Below are positions 30,913 through 39,882 of a DNA stretch of 64,000 nucleotides, piece by piece; position 1 is the first letter of the stretch; each line of letters starts with the position of its first letter. The stretch is taken from the NCBI GenBank assembly GCA_039589195.1, contig JBDHHV010000019.1:1323-65322 (forward strand), written 5' to 3'. Position numbers and translations under genes: made by a program. Below the pieces are notes generated by a model, which had not been told where the DNA came from, ran no database searches, and saw nothing but the letters and a program-made list of their open reading frames with translations. Source of the DNA: Gemmatimonadota bacterium (GTDB taxonomy: Bacteria; Gemmatimonadota; Gemmatimonadetes; Palauibacterales; Palauibacteraceae).

Positions 30913-32744
30913 TGGAGCGGCGGCTCGTTCTGGCGGTCGTGCTGATGATCGCGATCATGGTCCTCAGCAACGTGCTCTTCCCCCCGCAGCGCCCACCGCC
31001 TATCGCGCCGGGTGACAGCGCCGTGGCACGCGTCGACTCGGGAGCGGCCGCAACGGAAGTCGAGTCGCTCCAGGGGCAGCTCGAGCGGCCGCTCGTCACC
31101 GACACGGTTGCCGATACCCCTGCTGCGGCCGCGCCCGGTGAAGTGGCCGTCGCCGCACCCACGGCTCCGAGCCCGGAACAGGTGTCGCGCGACACGATCA
31201 TCGTGCGCTCGGGTCTGTACGAGTACCGGTTCGATACGAGAGGCGCCGAGCTGGTCGGTGCGCGGATGCTGAACTACCGGAGCTACGGACCCGGCGCGGC
31301 CAGGGAAGATCTCGTCGAGCTGGTCCGGGATGGCGACGCCATCTTCGGTTATCGGCTGGCGGTCGGGCGTGACACCGTCGATCTAAGCGACACGGTGTTC
31401 GAGCCGAACATCCCGGTTACCGTGCTCGACATCCACACGGGCGCCGAGGAGCTCGTCTTTCGAGGGCAAGTAGGTAACTCGGCCCTCATCCTGCAGGTCA
31501 CGTATCGTTTCGAGCCCGATTCGTACGTCGTGACGGTCGAGGGTCGCTTCGAGGGGATCGGAGACGTTGGGCACACCGTACTGACCTCGCTCGGACGCGG
31601 ACTGCAAAGCAACGAGGCGAACCCCCGCGAGGACGCTGCACAGATGGCGCTCGTCTCGCGCGACCGCCGCGGGAGGATCGGTTCGGAACGACTCTCCGGC
31701 GTGACCGAGAACGACCTGCGGGCGATCGAGGGTGGGCCGTTCAGCTGGGTCGCATCCAAGTCGAAGTACTTTCTCGCCGCGCTGGTGTCCGAGGAGGCGG
31801 GCCCGGGTTTCGGCGGGTTGCTGCTGCGCGGGACACCGGAGCCCGATGCGGCGCACATGGAGGCCTCGCTCCCCGTACCTGCCGGCGCACCGGGCTTCAG
31901 CCTGCAGGCCTTTGTCGGGCCGCAGGACTTCGGGATGTTGACCGAGGTCGGCCAGAACCTGCAGAACGTGAACCCGTTCGGGTGGCGTTGGCTCCAGTGG
32001 GCGATCCGGCCGCTGGCCGGCGTGATCGTGGCGGTCATGGTGTGGATGCACGGCACGTTCAGCCTCGCGTACGGCTGGGTGCTCATCCTGTTCGGCGTTC
32101 TCACCCGCATCCTTTTCTTCCCGCTCTATCAGAAGTCCATGCGGGCCCAGATGAAGCAGATGCAGGTGCAGCCGTTGCTGAAGGAGATCCAGGAGAAGTA
32201 CAAGGACGAGCCGCAGAAGCTTCAGCAGGAGATGATGAAGCTGTACCGCGAGCACGGCATCAACCCCGCCGCCGGTTGTCTCCCGATGCTGGCTCCGTTC
32301 CCGATCCTGATCACCCTGTTCTTCGTATTCCAGAACACGATCGAGTTCCGGGGGGTCCCCTTCATGTGGCTGCCGGACCTTTCGCTAAAGGACCCGCTTT
32401 ACATCGTGCCGTTCTTCATGGGCGGCTCCATGCTGCTGCTGAACTGGATCGGCCAGCGTGGCATGGAGAGCAACGCGCAGATGAAGGTGATGACGTACGT
32501 GATCCCGGTCGTGTTCACCTTCCTGTTCGCGAACTTCGCGGCGGGTCTGAACCTGTACTATGCGACGAGCAACGTCGCTTCCCTTCCCCAGCAGCTCTAC
32601 CTGGCCAAGGAGCGGCGTCACATGCGGGCCAAGGCTCCATTGAAGCCGACGGGGAGCGGGTCCGAGAAGGCCGACACGGCCGCGGCGAAACGTGCTCCGG
32701 GGGGGCACCCGAAAGGCAAACGGAAGAAACCGAAACACCGCTAG
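30912..32744 (+). CDS. yidC: Membrane protein insertase YidC
   Basis: 610 aa: N-terminal TM, periplasmic domain, and a C-terminal 60-kDa inner-membrane core ...MWLPDLSLKDPLYIVP... Confidence 0.95.
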   Translation: MERRLVLAVVLMIAIMVLSNVLFPPQRPPPIAPGDSAVARVDSGAAATEVESLQGQLERPLVTDTVADTPAAAAPGEVAVAAPTAPSPEQVSRDTIIVRSGLYEYRFDTRGAELVGARMLNYRSYGPGAAREDLVELVRDGDAIFGYRLAVGRDTVDLSDTVFEPNIPVTVLDIHTGAEELVFRGQVGNSALILQVTYRFEPDSYVVTVEGRFEGIGDVGHTVLTSLGRGLQSNEANPREDAAQMALVSRDRRGRIGSERLSGVTENDLRAIEGGPFSWVASKSKYFLAALVSEEAGPGFGGLLLRGTPEPDAAHMEASLPVPAGAPGFSLQAFVGPQDFGMLTEVGQNLQNVNPFGWRWLQWAIRPLAGVIVAVMVWMHGTFSLAYGWVLILFGVLTRILFFPLYQKSMRAQMKQMQVQPLLKEIQEKYKDEPQKLQQEMMKLYREHGINPAAGCLPMLAPFPILITLFFVFQNTIEFRGVPFMWLPDLSLKDPLYIVPFFMGGSMLLLNWIGQRGMESNAQMKVMTYVIPVVFTFLFANFAAGLNLYYATSNVASLPQQLYLAKERRHMRAKAPLKPTGSGSEKADTAAAKRAPGGHPKGKRKKPKHR

Positions 32745-32747
32745 CGG

Positions 32748-33611
32748 CTAGCGGCGGAACGAGAAGCCGAAGCCAATCAGCGTCTCGGTCTCCAGGAAGA
32801 ACTGTTCGGCGCGCGAGGGCCCCGTCCCGAACAGGATGCCGAGCCGGGAGTGCTCTCCCAGGGCGACACCGGCCTCGGCGGACACCATGGGCTCCCAATC
32901 CTGCTCGGCCCAACCGGCCGCTTCCGCGAACAGATAGAGGCGCGTTCGGGGGCGCGGTGCGGACGTCAGCTCCAGGCCGGCCCGCGCGGAGGGGCGCCGA
33001 AGCGGATCCGAGCTGCGCACGATGACCCCACCTCCACCGTAGACCAGCAGCCACGGGAGCGGCGCCGTCTGCAGGAGGAGCTCGAGGGTTTCCCGGCTCA
33101 CATCGATCGGCTCGAGCCCGCTGCCCAACAAGAACTCGTCTCCCAGGTGCGAGCTCGCGTGGTACAGCTCCAGACGCGCCGCTACCCCGCGGTACCGAGC
33201 CCGGATTTGAAAGCCGACGCGAAAGTGGATCTCGACGAACTCGTTTTGGGTGCTCTCGAGATCGAAACGGGAAAAGGCACCCGCCGCGACGGCCCCGGCC
33301 AGCTCGAACTCGTTCTCCGGGCGCCGGTGGATCCAGAAGGACAGACGATCGCCCAGGTCGGCCAGGGCCACCCAGCGGTCTCGCGAGCCGCGCGAGACGT
33401 GGACGAAGGCCAGGCGGTGAACTGGCTCCAGTGGCGAAGCAGCGAGCGAGCGAAACGGGTACCCGCCGGGGTCGGTGAGGGTGCCCCGGGAGAGCTCCGC
33501 TCCCGCCCCGGATCCAGTGGACGCGGGTGGCTCGCTGCCCTGCGCGAGGACTGCGGCCGGCGCCAACGACGCCAGAATCGTGATCGTGTACAGCGGCCGT
33601 GGGGTTCGCAT
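32748..33611 (-). CDS. Secreted or outer-membrane hypothetical protein (signal peptide; beta-rich; C-terminal ...GFGFSFRR)
   Basis: Start at the internal Met, MRTPRPLYTITILASLAPAAVLAQ. No confident family assignment. Confidence 0.5.
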   Translation of the reverse strand: MRTPRPLYTITILASLAPAAVLAQGSEPPASTGSGAGAELSRGTLTDPGGYPFRSLAASPLEPVHRLAFVHVSRGSRDRWVALADLGDRLSFWIHRRPENEFELAGAVAAGAFSRFDLESTQNEFVEIHFRVGFQIRARYRGVAARLELYHASSHLGDEFLLGSGLEPIDVSRETLELLLQTAPLPWLLVYGGGGVIVRSSDPLRRPSARAGLELTSAPRPRTRLYLFAEAAGWAEQDWEPMVSAEAGVALGEHSRLGILFGTGPSRAEQFFLETETLIGFGFSFRR

Positions 33612-33664
33612 GGCGCACCGATAATACACGGGCCGCGCGACGATCGCCCCTGTATGTTGACGTC

Positions 33665-35050
33665 GTGTTCGACACCATAGCCGCCATCTCGACTCCCCCG
33701 GGCCGTTCCGGTCTCGCGCTCATACGAGTGAGCGGCCCGGAGGCCGCGAAGGTCGCAGCCTCGGTCGGCCTCACCGAGCTCGAGCCCCGAAGGGCTACAT
33801 ACCGCCACCTGACACACCCCGAGGACGGTCGCCCGCTCGACCGCGTCATTGCGACGCGTTTCGTCGAGCCCGCCTCGTTCACCGGAGAGGATGTGTTGGA
33901 GATCGGGTGTCATGGCGGCGCGCTCGTCCCGGCGCTCGTGCTGGATGCCCTGTGCGCCGCCGGAGCGCGCGTGGCGGAACGCGGCGAGTTCGCGCGGCGT
34001 GCGTTCCTGAACGGAAAACTGGACCTCGTCCAGATAGAGGCCACGCTCGACCTGATCGATGCCCGGAGCGAAGCTCACCACCGTGCGGCGTTGTTTCAGT
34101 TGGACGGAGCGCTGTCACGGCGTGTGGGCGGGCTCCGCGAGGAGCTGCTGCGATTGCAGGCGATGCTGAGCTACGAGATCGATTTCCCGGAGGAGGACGA
34201 TGGACCGATTCCGAGAGAGCGCATCGAAGCGGCCGCGAGCGGACTTCGTGGATCGATCGACGAGTTGCTTATGAACGCACCGGAGGGAGAGTTGCTACGC
34301 GATGGGGCGCTCACCGTGATCGCAGGTCGGCCGAATGTCGGTAAGTCTAGTGTATTCAACGCGTTACTGGGACAGCAGCGAGCGATAGTCACCGAAATGC
34401 CAGGCACGACCCGCGACGCGATCGAAGCGCTGATCTCGGTGAAGGGGTACCCGTTCCGGCTGGTCGACACAGCAGGAATGCGGACAGAAGCGGGAATCGT
34501 GGAGGAGATGGGGATCGAGGTCGCCCTCCGATACGTCGAGGAGGCGCCGCTTCTCCTCCTTTGCGTGGAAGAGGGGAGAAGCTTGTCGGAGGAGGAGGAA
34601 TCGATGGCACGCGCGGCCTCGGACAGGCGGCAGCGGCTGATCCTCGTGCGCACGAAGGCGGACCTGGGCTCGCCGCCGTCAGGCGAAGGCGGAGGAACGG
34701 GTCGTCGTGGCCGCCAGCCTCTCGAGTCGGAAGCTCCCGAGGTAGTCGTCTCGACCGTCACGGGCTCGGGCCTGGGCGACCTGCAGGCCGCGATGCTAGG
34801 GGCAGTCTTCGCCGGGTTGAGAGATTCGGGTGAGCCACCGCTGGTGACCAGCGGGCGCCAGATCCGAGCGCTGCGGCACGCGCGGGCCGAAACAGAGGCG
34901 TTCCAGCAGGCCCTGGTGGAAGGGCTACCGTCGGAGGTCGCCTGCGCGCACCTGCAGGAGGCGACACTCACTCTCGAGGAGTTGCTTGGAGTGGTGGAGG
35001 TGGAGGAGGTCCTGGACGTTCTGTTCTCTTCCTTCTGCGTAGGTAAGTAG
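33665..35050 (+). CDS. mnmE: tRNA modification GTPase MnmE
   Basis: N-terminal DTIAAISTPPGRSGLALIRVSGP. G-domain motifs GRPNVGKSS...DTAGMR...TKADL. C-terminal CVGK. GTG start chosen at 33665; the ORF-track ATG at 33599 overlaps the convergent gene. Confidence 0.85.
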   Translation: MFDTIAAISTPPGRSGLALIRVSGPEAAKVAASVGLTELEPRRATYRHLTHPEDGRPLDRVIATRFVEPASFTGEDVLEIGCHGGALVPALVLDALCAAGARVAERGEFARRAFLNGKLDLVQIEATLDLIDARSEAHHRAALFQLDGALSRRVGGLREELLRLQAMLSYEIDFPEEDDGPIPRERIEAAASGLRGSIDELLMNAPEGELLRDGALTVIAGRPNVGKSSVFNALLGQQRAIVTEMPGTTRDAIEALISVKGYPFRLVDTAGMRTEAGIVEEMGIEVALRYVEEAPLLLLCVEEGRSLSEEEESMARAASDRRQRLILVRTKADLGSPPSGEGGGTGRRGRQPLESEAPEVVVSTVTGSGLGDLQAAMLGAVFAGLRDSGEPPLVTSGRQIRALRHARAETEAFQQALVEGLPSEVACAHLQEATLTLEELLGVVEVEEVLDVLFSSFCVGK

Positions 35051-35070
35051 CCGTTGCCCGGGGCGGGCAC

Positions 35071-35103
35071 AAAAAAAGGGGCCCGCCGTGGTTCGGCGGG
35101 CCC
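35071..35103 (-). terminator. Intrinsic terminator downstream of the fpg-like gene
   Basis: On the minus strand a 10-bp stem GGGCCCGCCG-aacca-CGGCGGGCCC is followed by CTTTTTTTG. Confidence 0.7.
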
Positions 35104-35143
35104 TGACGAGCAGTGTCCAATGAGCGGACCCGGGGGCGGGCCG

Positions 35144-35941
35144 CTAGGCGGCGCGCTGACAGCGCGGGCAGATATACGTCTTCCGGCCCAGCACCTTGAG
35201 GGACTCCAGCTCGTGGCGGCACCTGGGACACGCGCTCCCCGATCGACGGTAGTTGATCAACCAGCCGGGATCCGCGTGCGCGGCCTCCCAGTGTAGCGTC
35301 GCACGGCGCAGTACCCTCCTCAGATACCGGTGCACCCGGTGGAGCTGTTCAGGGGTGATGTTCCCGACGCGCCCATCCGGTCGGAACCCGGACTGGAAGC
35401 AAATCTCGTCCGCGTAATCGTTCCCGATCCCCGCGATGATCTCCTGGTTCATGAGGAACCCTTTCAGCGACGTGCGGGGATGCGCGTCTGCGAGAGCCAC
35501 GAATCGCTCGGGCGTGAGGTCCTCGCTGAGCGGGTCGATCCCCAGGTTCTCCAGATTCCCGAGCCCGGAGAAGTCCTCACCCTCGACGATGTGCACGATC
35601 CCCCGTATTCCGGAGGAGCTGAAGCGGAGCTCGCGGCCGGCGGCGAACTGGAGGCGGATCTTCGTCCGCTCGGTCGGCGGTGCGGTCTGGGATTCGAGGC
35701 GGAGCGCCCCATCGTCTCCCATATCGAAGACGAGGCTGTGGTCCGACCGAAAACGGAGGACGACGTATCTGCCGTGCCGCTCGACGGACTCGATGACATG
35801 GCCCTCGAGCACGCTCTCGGCCAGGTCGATCGGAATCTCGACAAGCTCGGGATCGTCGATCATGACGGTGGAGATCGTCTTCCCGGTCGTATAACCGGCG
35901 AAGCTGTCGATCATCCGCTCGACGTCGGGAAGTTCTATCAT
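35144..35941 (-). CDS. Fpg/Nei-family DNA glycosylase homologue (H2TH plus C4 zinc finger) with Ile in place of the catalytic Pro2
   Basis: MIELPDVE... at the N-terminus; H2TH ...LMNQEIIAGIGNDYADEICFQSGFRP...; zinc finger CPRCRHELESLKVLGRKTYICPRCQ. Confidence 0.8.
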   Translation of the reverse strand: MIELPDVERMIDSFAGYTTGKTISTVMIDDPELVEIPIDLAESVLEGHVIESVERHGRYVVLRFRSDHSLVFDMGDDGALRLESQTAPPTERTKIRLQFAAGRELRFSSSGIRGIVHIVEGEDFSGLGNLENLGIDPLSEDLTPERFVALADAHPRTSLKGFLMNQEIIAGIGNDYADEICFQSGFRPDGRVGNITPEQLHRVHRYLRRVLRRATLHWEAAHADPGWLINYRRSGSACPRCRHELESLKVLGRKTYICPRCQRAA

Positions 35942-36099
35942 ACGCGTTACTCCGGGGTCGAGGCTCGCGGCAAGGTTACCCCGATAGTTCTGAAAAGGAT
36001 CCTTATGGGAACGTCCGGAAACTCAGGAAGGTTCCGTCGGTCGAGGAACGCCCGCGAGTGGAAACCAACCTCGAACTGCGGGCCGTGAAACCGCCTAAC

Positions 36100-36371
36100 C
36101 TATTGTAAAATAACGAATTCGGCAGTTTGCACTGGTTGGGGAGGGATCTCGGCCACGGCCTCGACGCGCGCCGTCCGGGGTCCGTGACCGAGTCGGGCCC
36201 GCAATTCCGAAACGGCGTCGGGGTCCCCGCTCACATGGACCTCCACGGCGCCATCCAGCAGGTTTCGAACGCTGCCGGACAGTCCCAGCGCCCTCGCCTG
36301 CCGGGCGGTCCACCAGCGGAAACCCACACCCTGAACGCGTCCCCGGACCAGGAATCCCTTGCTCGTCACGT
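36100..36371 (-). CDS. acyP: Acylphosphatase
   Basis: ...LVRGRVQGVGFRWWTARQARALGLSGSVRNLLDGAVEVHVSG... A GTG start at 36369-36371 gives about 90 aa; the ORF-track ORF extends upstream as Ala/Pro-rich junk. Confidence 0.7.
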
Positions 36372-36445
36372 GTGGGAAGATCCCGGCCCGGATCGATTCG
36401 GGCAAGCTGGCCGGAGACCGCCCGGCGCCCGTATTCTTGGGCGCC

Positions 36446-38359
36446 ATGAGATATGACGTCATCGTGATCGGCGGCGGCCACGCGGGTTGCGAAGCCGCGA
36501 ATGCCGCGGCGCGCCTCGGGGCCCGGACCGCTCTCGTCACTTCTTTCCTCGCCAGAGTGGGTCAGATGTCCTGCAACCCGGCCATCGGGGGCATCGCGAA
36601 GGGAACGGTGGCCCGCGAGGTGGACGCCCTGGGTGGGGTCATGGGGCGTGCGACCGATCGGTCGATGCTGCACTTCCGGATGCTGAACCGCTCAAAGGGC
36701 CCCGCGGTGTGGTCGCCGCGCGCGCAGTGCGATCGCGGCATGTACCCGCGAGCGGTTCGCTCACTCCTCGAAACGAGCTCGCGTCTCGATCTGTATCAGG
36801 CAACGGTCGAAGCCCTGCTGGTGGACGGTGGGAGGGTCACCGGGGTCCGATGCGGGGATGGGACCCGGTTCGACGCGACGCGGATCGTGCTGACGGCAGG
36901 AACGTTCCTTCGTGGTGCGATCCGAATCGGGGTGGACCGGGCGATCGAGGCCGGGAGGGCTGGTGACGCCCCGGTGGTGGAGCTCGCGGAGCAGCTGCTC
37001 CGTCTCGGGTTGGACGCGGAGCGGTTCAAGACGGGGACCCCGCCGAGAGTCGATGGGCGCACGGTGGACTTCTCCCGGATGGAGCGGCAGGATGGCGATG
37101 TAGACGCCGGACGCTTCTCGCATTGGGAGCGCTCCGAGGGACTCGAGCGTCGTCCATGCTGGCTGGCCAGAGCTGGAGCGGACGTGCAGGAGATCGTGGC
37201 GGAGAATCTGGATCGGTCGGCATTGTACGGCCGCGACGCCGCCGCCCGGGGTCCTCGCTACTGCCCGTCGATCGAGGACAAGGTCGTGAAGTTCCCGGAC
37301 GCGGGGTCGCACCAGGTCTTTCTTGAGCCGGAAGGACTCGAAACGAACGAGTTCTACGTGAACGGACTTTCGACTTCCCTTCCACCCGATGTACAACGAG
37401 CGTTCCTGGCTATGGTGCCGGGTCTCGAGAACGCTCGCATGACACAGCCGGGGTACGCGATCGAGTACGATTACTTTCCTCCGCAGCAACTCGGACCGAC
37501 CCTCGAGCTCAAGCCGTTGCCCGGTCTTTACTTGGCGGGACAGATCAACGGAACGACAGGATACGAGGAGGCGGCGGGGCAGGGCGTCGTAGCGGGAATC
37601 AACGCGGCGCTGGCCGCGCTGGAGCGCGATCCATGGGTTCCGCAGCGTGACGAAGCGTTCCTGGGCGTGCTCGTGGACGATCTGATTACCCGGGGTGTGG
37701 ATGAGCCCTACCGGTTGTTCACCTCGCGTGCGGAGTTTCGTCTTCTCCTGCGGCAGGACAACTGTCTGCCGCGACTCGGAATCACCGCAGAGCGTCTGGG
37801 GTTGTTGCGGGATGAGGAGCGTGTCGTGCTCGAGCGGCGCCTGGAAGAGCGCGCGCGAATCGGGACGTGGGCCGAAGGAGCGCGAGTGAGTCCGGCCGGC
37901 GTGAACGAGTTCCTGGAATCGATCGGGAGCTCACCCCTGAGACAGACGGGGCCGCTGAGGCAGCTCGTTCTCCGGCCCGAGGTCAGGCTCGCCGACCTGC
38001 TCGGTCCCGGTAAACCATTGGGGGATCACGGGTTCGACCGAGATGCGCTTGCATCGGTGGAGATGGATCTGAAGTACGCAGGCTACATCGAGCGCGATCG
38101 ACAGCGCGCCCATGCGCTGGCCAAACGCGAAGAGGTCGCGATTCCGACCGATCTCCCGTTCATGGAGCTGCTCTCGCTCTCCTACGAAGCCAGACAAAAG
38201 CTCGAACGGGTGCGTCCCGGCACGATCGGTCAGGCCGGCCGCATTCCGGGAATCTCCCCCGCCGACCTACAGAATCTCCTGGTGGAAATCCACAAGCGAG
38301 CCAGAGCGGGCGCGGCGGAGGATGTATCGAGCCCGCTGGCGGCCCGTCCGGCCGGCTAG
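36446..38359 (+). CDS. mnmG: tRNA uridine 5-carboxymethylaminomethyl modification enzyme MnmG
   Basis: MRYDVIVIGGGHAGCEAANAAARLGA... with FAD-binding fold. Start at the internal Met. Confidence 0.95.
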   Translation: MRYDVIVIGGGHAGCEAANAAARLGARTALVTSFLARVGQMSCNPAIGGIAKGTVAREVDALGGVMGRATDRSMLHFRMLNRSKGPAVWSPRAQCDRGMYPRAVRSLLETSSRLDLYQATVEALLVDGGRVTGVRCGDGTRFDATRIVLTAGTFLRGAIRIGVDRAIEAGRAGDAPVVELAEQLLRLGLDAERFKTGTPPRVDGRTVDFSRMERQDGDVDAGRFSHWERSEGLERRPCWLARAGADVQEIVAENLDRSALYGRDAAARGPRYCPSIEDKVVKFPDAGSHQVFLEPEGLETNEFYVNGLSTSLPPDVQRAFLAMVPGLENARMTQPGYAIEYDYFPPQQLGPTLELKPLPGLYLAGQINGTTGYEEAAGQGVVAGINAALAALERDPWVPQRDEAFLGVLVDDLITRGVDEPYRLFTSRAEFRLLLRQDNCLPRLGITAERLGLLRDEERVVLERRLEERARIGTWAEGARVSPAGVNEFLESIGSSPLRQTGPLRQLVLRPEVRLADLLGPGKPLGDHGFDRDALASVEMDLKYAGYIERDRQRAHALAKREEVAIPTDLPFMELLSLSYEARQKLERVRPGTIGQAGRIPGISPADLQNLLVEIHKRARAGAAEDVSSPLAARPAG

Positions 38360-39078
38360 TCGCCGAACAGCGTCCCGATGCGCCGCTGGACATCACCGGC
38401 GGCGGTCGCCGGGTCGGGCGCATTCCGGATGGGCCGACCGATGACGATGTAGTCCGCCCCCGCTTCAAAGGCCTGCTCGACATCGACGGTACGCTTCTGA
38501 TCGTCTGTGCGATCGAGTCCTGGGCGAATCCCCGGAACCACGATCAACAGCTCATCCTCCAGGGCTTCCCGGATGAGCGCGGCCTCGCGGCCCGAGGCGA
38601 TGACCCCCGCGCACCCGATCGCGGCCGCACGCTGGGCGCGGGAAAGGACGAGGGATGGGATGTCGGTTTGGAAGCCGAGCGCTCTCATGTCCGCCTCGTC
38701 CAGGCTCGTCAGGGCCGTTACGGCCAGAATGCCCAGATCATCGCCGGCGGCTTCGCACGCCGCCTCGAGGATGGCGTCGTTGCCGTGCACCGTCACGAAC
38801 GATATCCCCCTGCCCCTCAACTGACGTACGGCCGAAGCGACGGTTTGCGGCACATCGAACAGCTTGAGGTCCGCAAAAACCTTCTTGTCCTGACGCTGCA
38901 GCCATGCCGACAACTGGAAGTAGCCCCCGCTCAGGAAGAGCTCGAGCCCGATCTTGTAGAAGACGACCTCGCCCCCAAGCCCCTCGACGAGATCGCGAGC
39001 CTCGGTCGGATCCGCCACGTCCAGCGCCAGGATCAGGCGCTCGCGCGCCGGAATGTCATGCTTCCGTCTGGTCCGCAT
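38356..39078 (-). CDS. pyrF: Orotidine 5'-phosphate decarboxylase
   Basis: ...ERLILALDVADPTEARDLVEG...VFYKIGLELF...KLFDVPQTV... Confidence 0.85.
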   Translation of the reverse strand: MRTRRKHDIPARERLILALDVADPTEARDLVEGLGGEVVFYKIGLELFLSGGYFQLSAWLQRQDKKVFADLKLFDVPQTVASAVRQLRGRGISFVTVHGNDAILEAACEAAGDDLGILAVTALTSLDEADMRALGFQTDIPSLVLSRAQRAAAIGCAGVIASGREAALIREALEDELLIVVPGIRPGLDRTDDQKRTVDVEQAFEAGADYIVIGRPIRNAPDPATAAGDVQRRIGTLFGD

Positions 39079-39460
39079 CCGCCGCCTCCGGTGGTGTAGC
39101 GTTCTCCTCGCCTGGAGGATCACTCAGCCCATAGCGCACCTTCATCTCGACAAAGCGGCGATAGCTCTTGGCGTCCAGTTCATCGCTCAGGTGTCTGTCG
39201 AGGATCGGTAGAAGGGTCTCCCGCAGGTAGGGCCCGCGGGCCATCCATTGGAAATACCGTCGGCCCCCGTGATCATACGGTCCGTAAAGGCGGCCACCAG
39301 GAAAAGTCCTTTCGATCCACCGGAAGAGCGCCTCGTGGTCCGTGTGCATGCGAAGAGTGACGTGGGGTTGTCGACCGTCACCGCCAAAGTGACCTTCGCC
39401 CACCAGGACTCCGAGGAGGAAACCGATTTCGAAGGAGTTGTCGCGTTGTTTCACCGTCAT
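39056..39460 (-). CDS. Free-standing LAGLIDADG-like (single-motif, I-CreI-like) endonuclease-domain protein, about 135 aa
   Basis: MTVKQRDNSFEIGFLLGVLVGEGHFGGDG...TLRMHTDHEALFRWIERTF...YFQWMARGPYLRETLLPILDRH. The LAGLIDADG-type motif is FLLGVLVGEGHF. The upstream part of the ORF-track ORF (to 39772) is not protein-like. Confidence 0.5.
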   Translation of the reverse strand: MTVKQRDNSFEIGFLLGVLVGEGHFGGDGRQPHVTLRMHTDHEALFRWIERTFPGGRLYGPYDHGGRRYFQWMARGPYLRETLLPILDRHLSDELDAKSYRRFVEMKVRYGLSDPPGEENATPPEAADADQTEA

Positions 39461-39536
39461 GTTTCCCGTGGAACGTCCACACCCTTTCCCATTGCCGCCG
39501 GTGCCAGTTGTTTCACCGTCATGTTTCCCGTGAAAC
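39445..39536. repeat. Tandem direct repeat, period 62 bp, of GTTGTTTCACCGTCATGTTTCCCGTG. Each copy has the inverted core GTTTCAC..N13..GTG(A/G)AAC
   Basis: Copies at 39445-39470 and 39507-39532. The proximal copy contains the ATG of the LAGLIDADG ORF; the distal copy carries a duplicated ATG in a different frame. Confidence 0.8.
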
Positions 39537-39882
39537 ACCCGCTCGTCAAGAGGGCTGGACGTCACCACCCTCGAGCGCGCGCAGGCGCGGCTCAAAAACA
39601 CCCGGTATTCGCCCTGCGCCGCGGCCTTTGGGGCGACGTAAAGCGCCTGAATCCACCCGGGTGGTCGCCCGATGTGCGCGCGCGCCTTATATTCGGCCAC
39701 AACGCGGGCGGCGGCGCGCCCGGCTGCCATCGGTCGGGGGCGGGCGTGGTGACGTAACCTGTTGACGCACACTCACTTACATGAATCGGAGTCACTTTCG
39801 GTGATATGGGCGCACGGTGCGGTCCGAGGATGTTCGGCCGGCAGGTTCAGGGGCCGGTAGATCTGTGAATCGTGGGGGGGGG

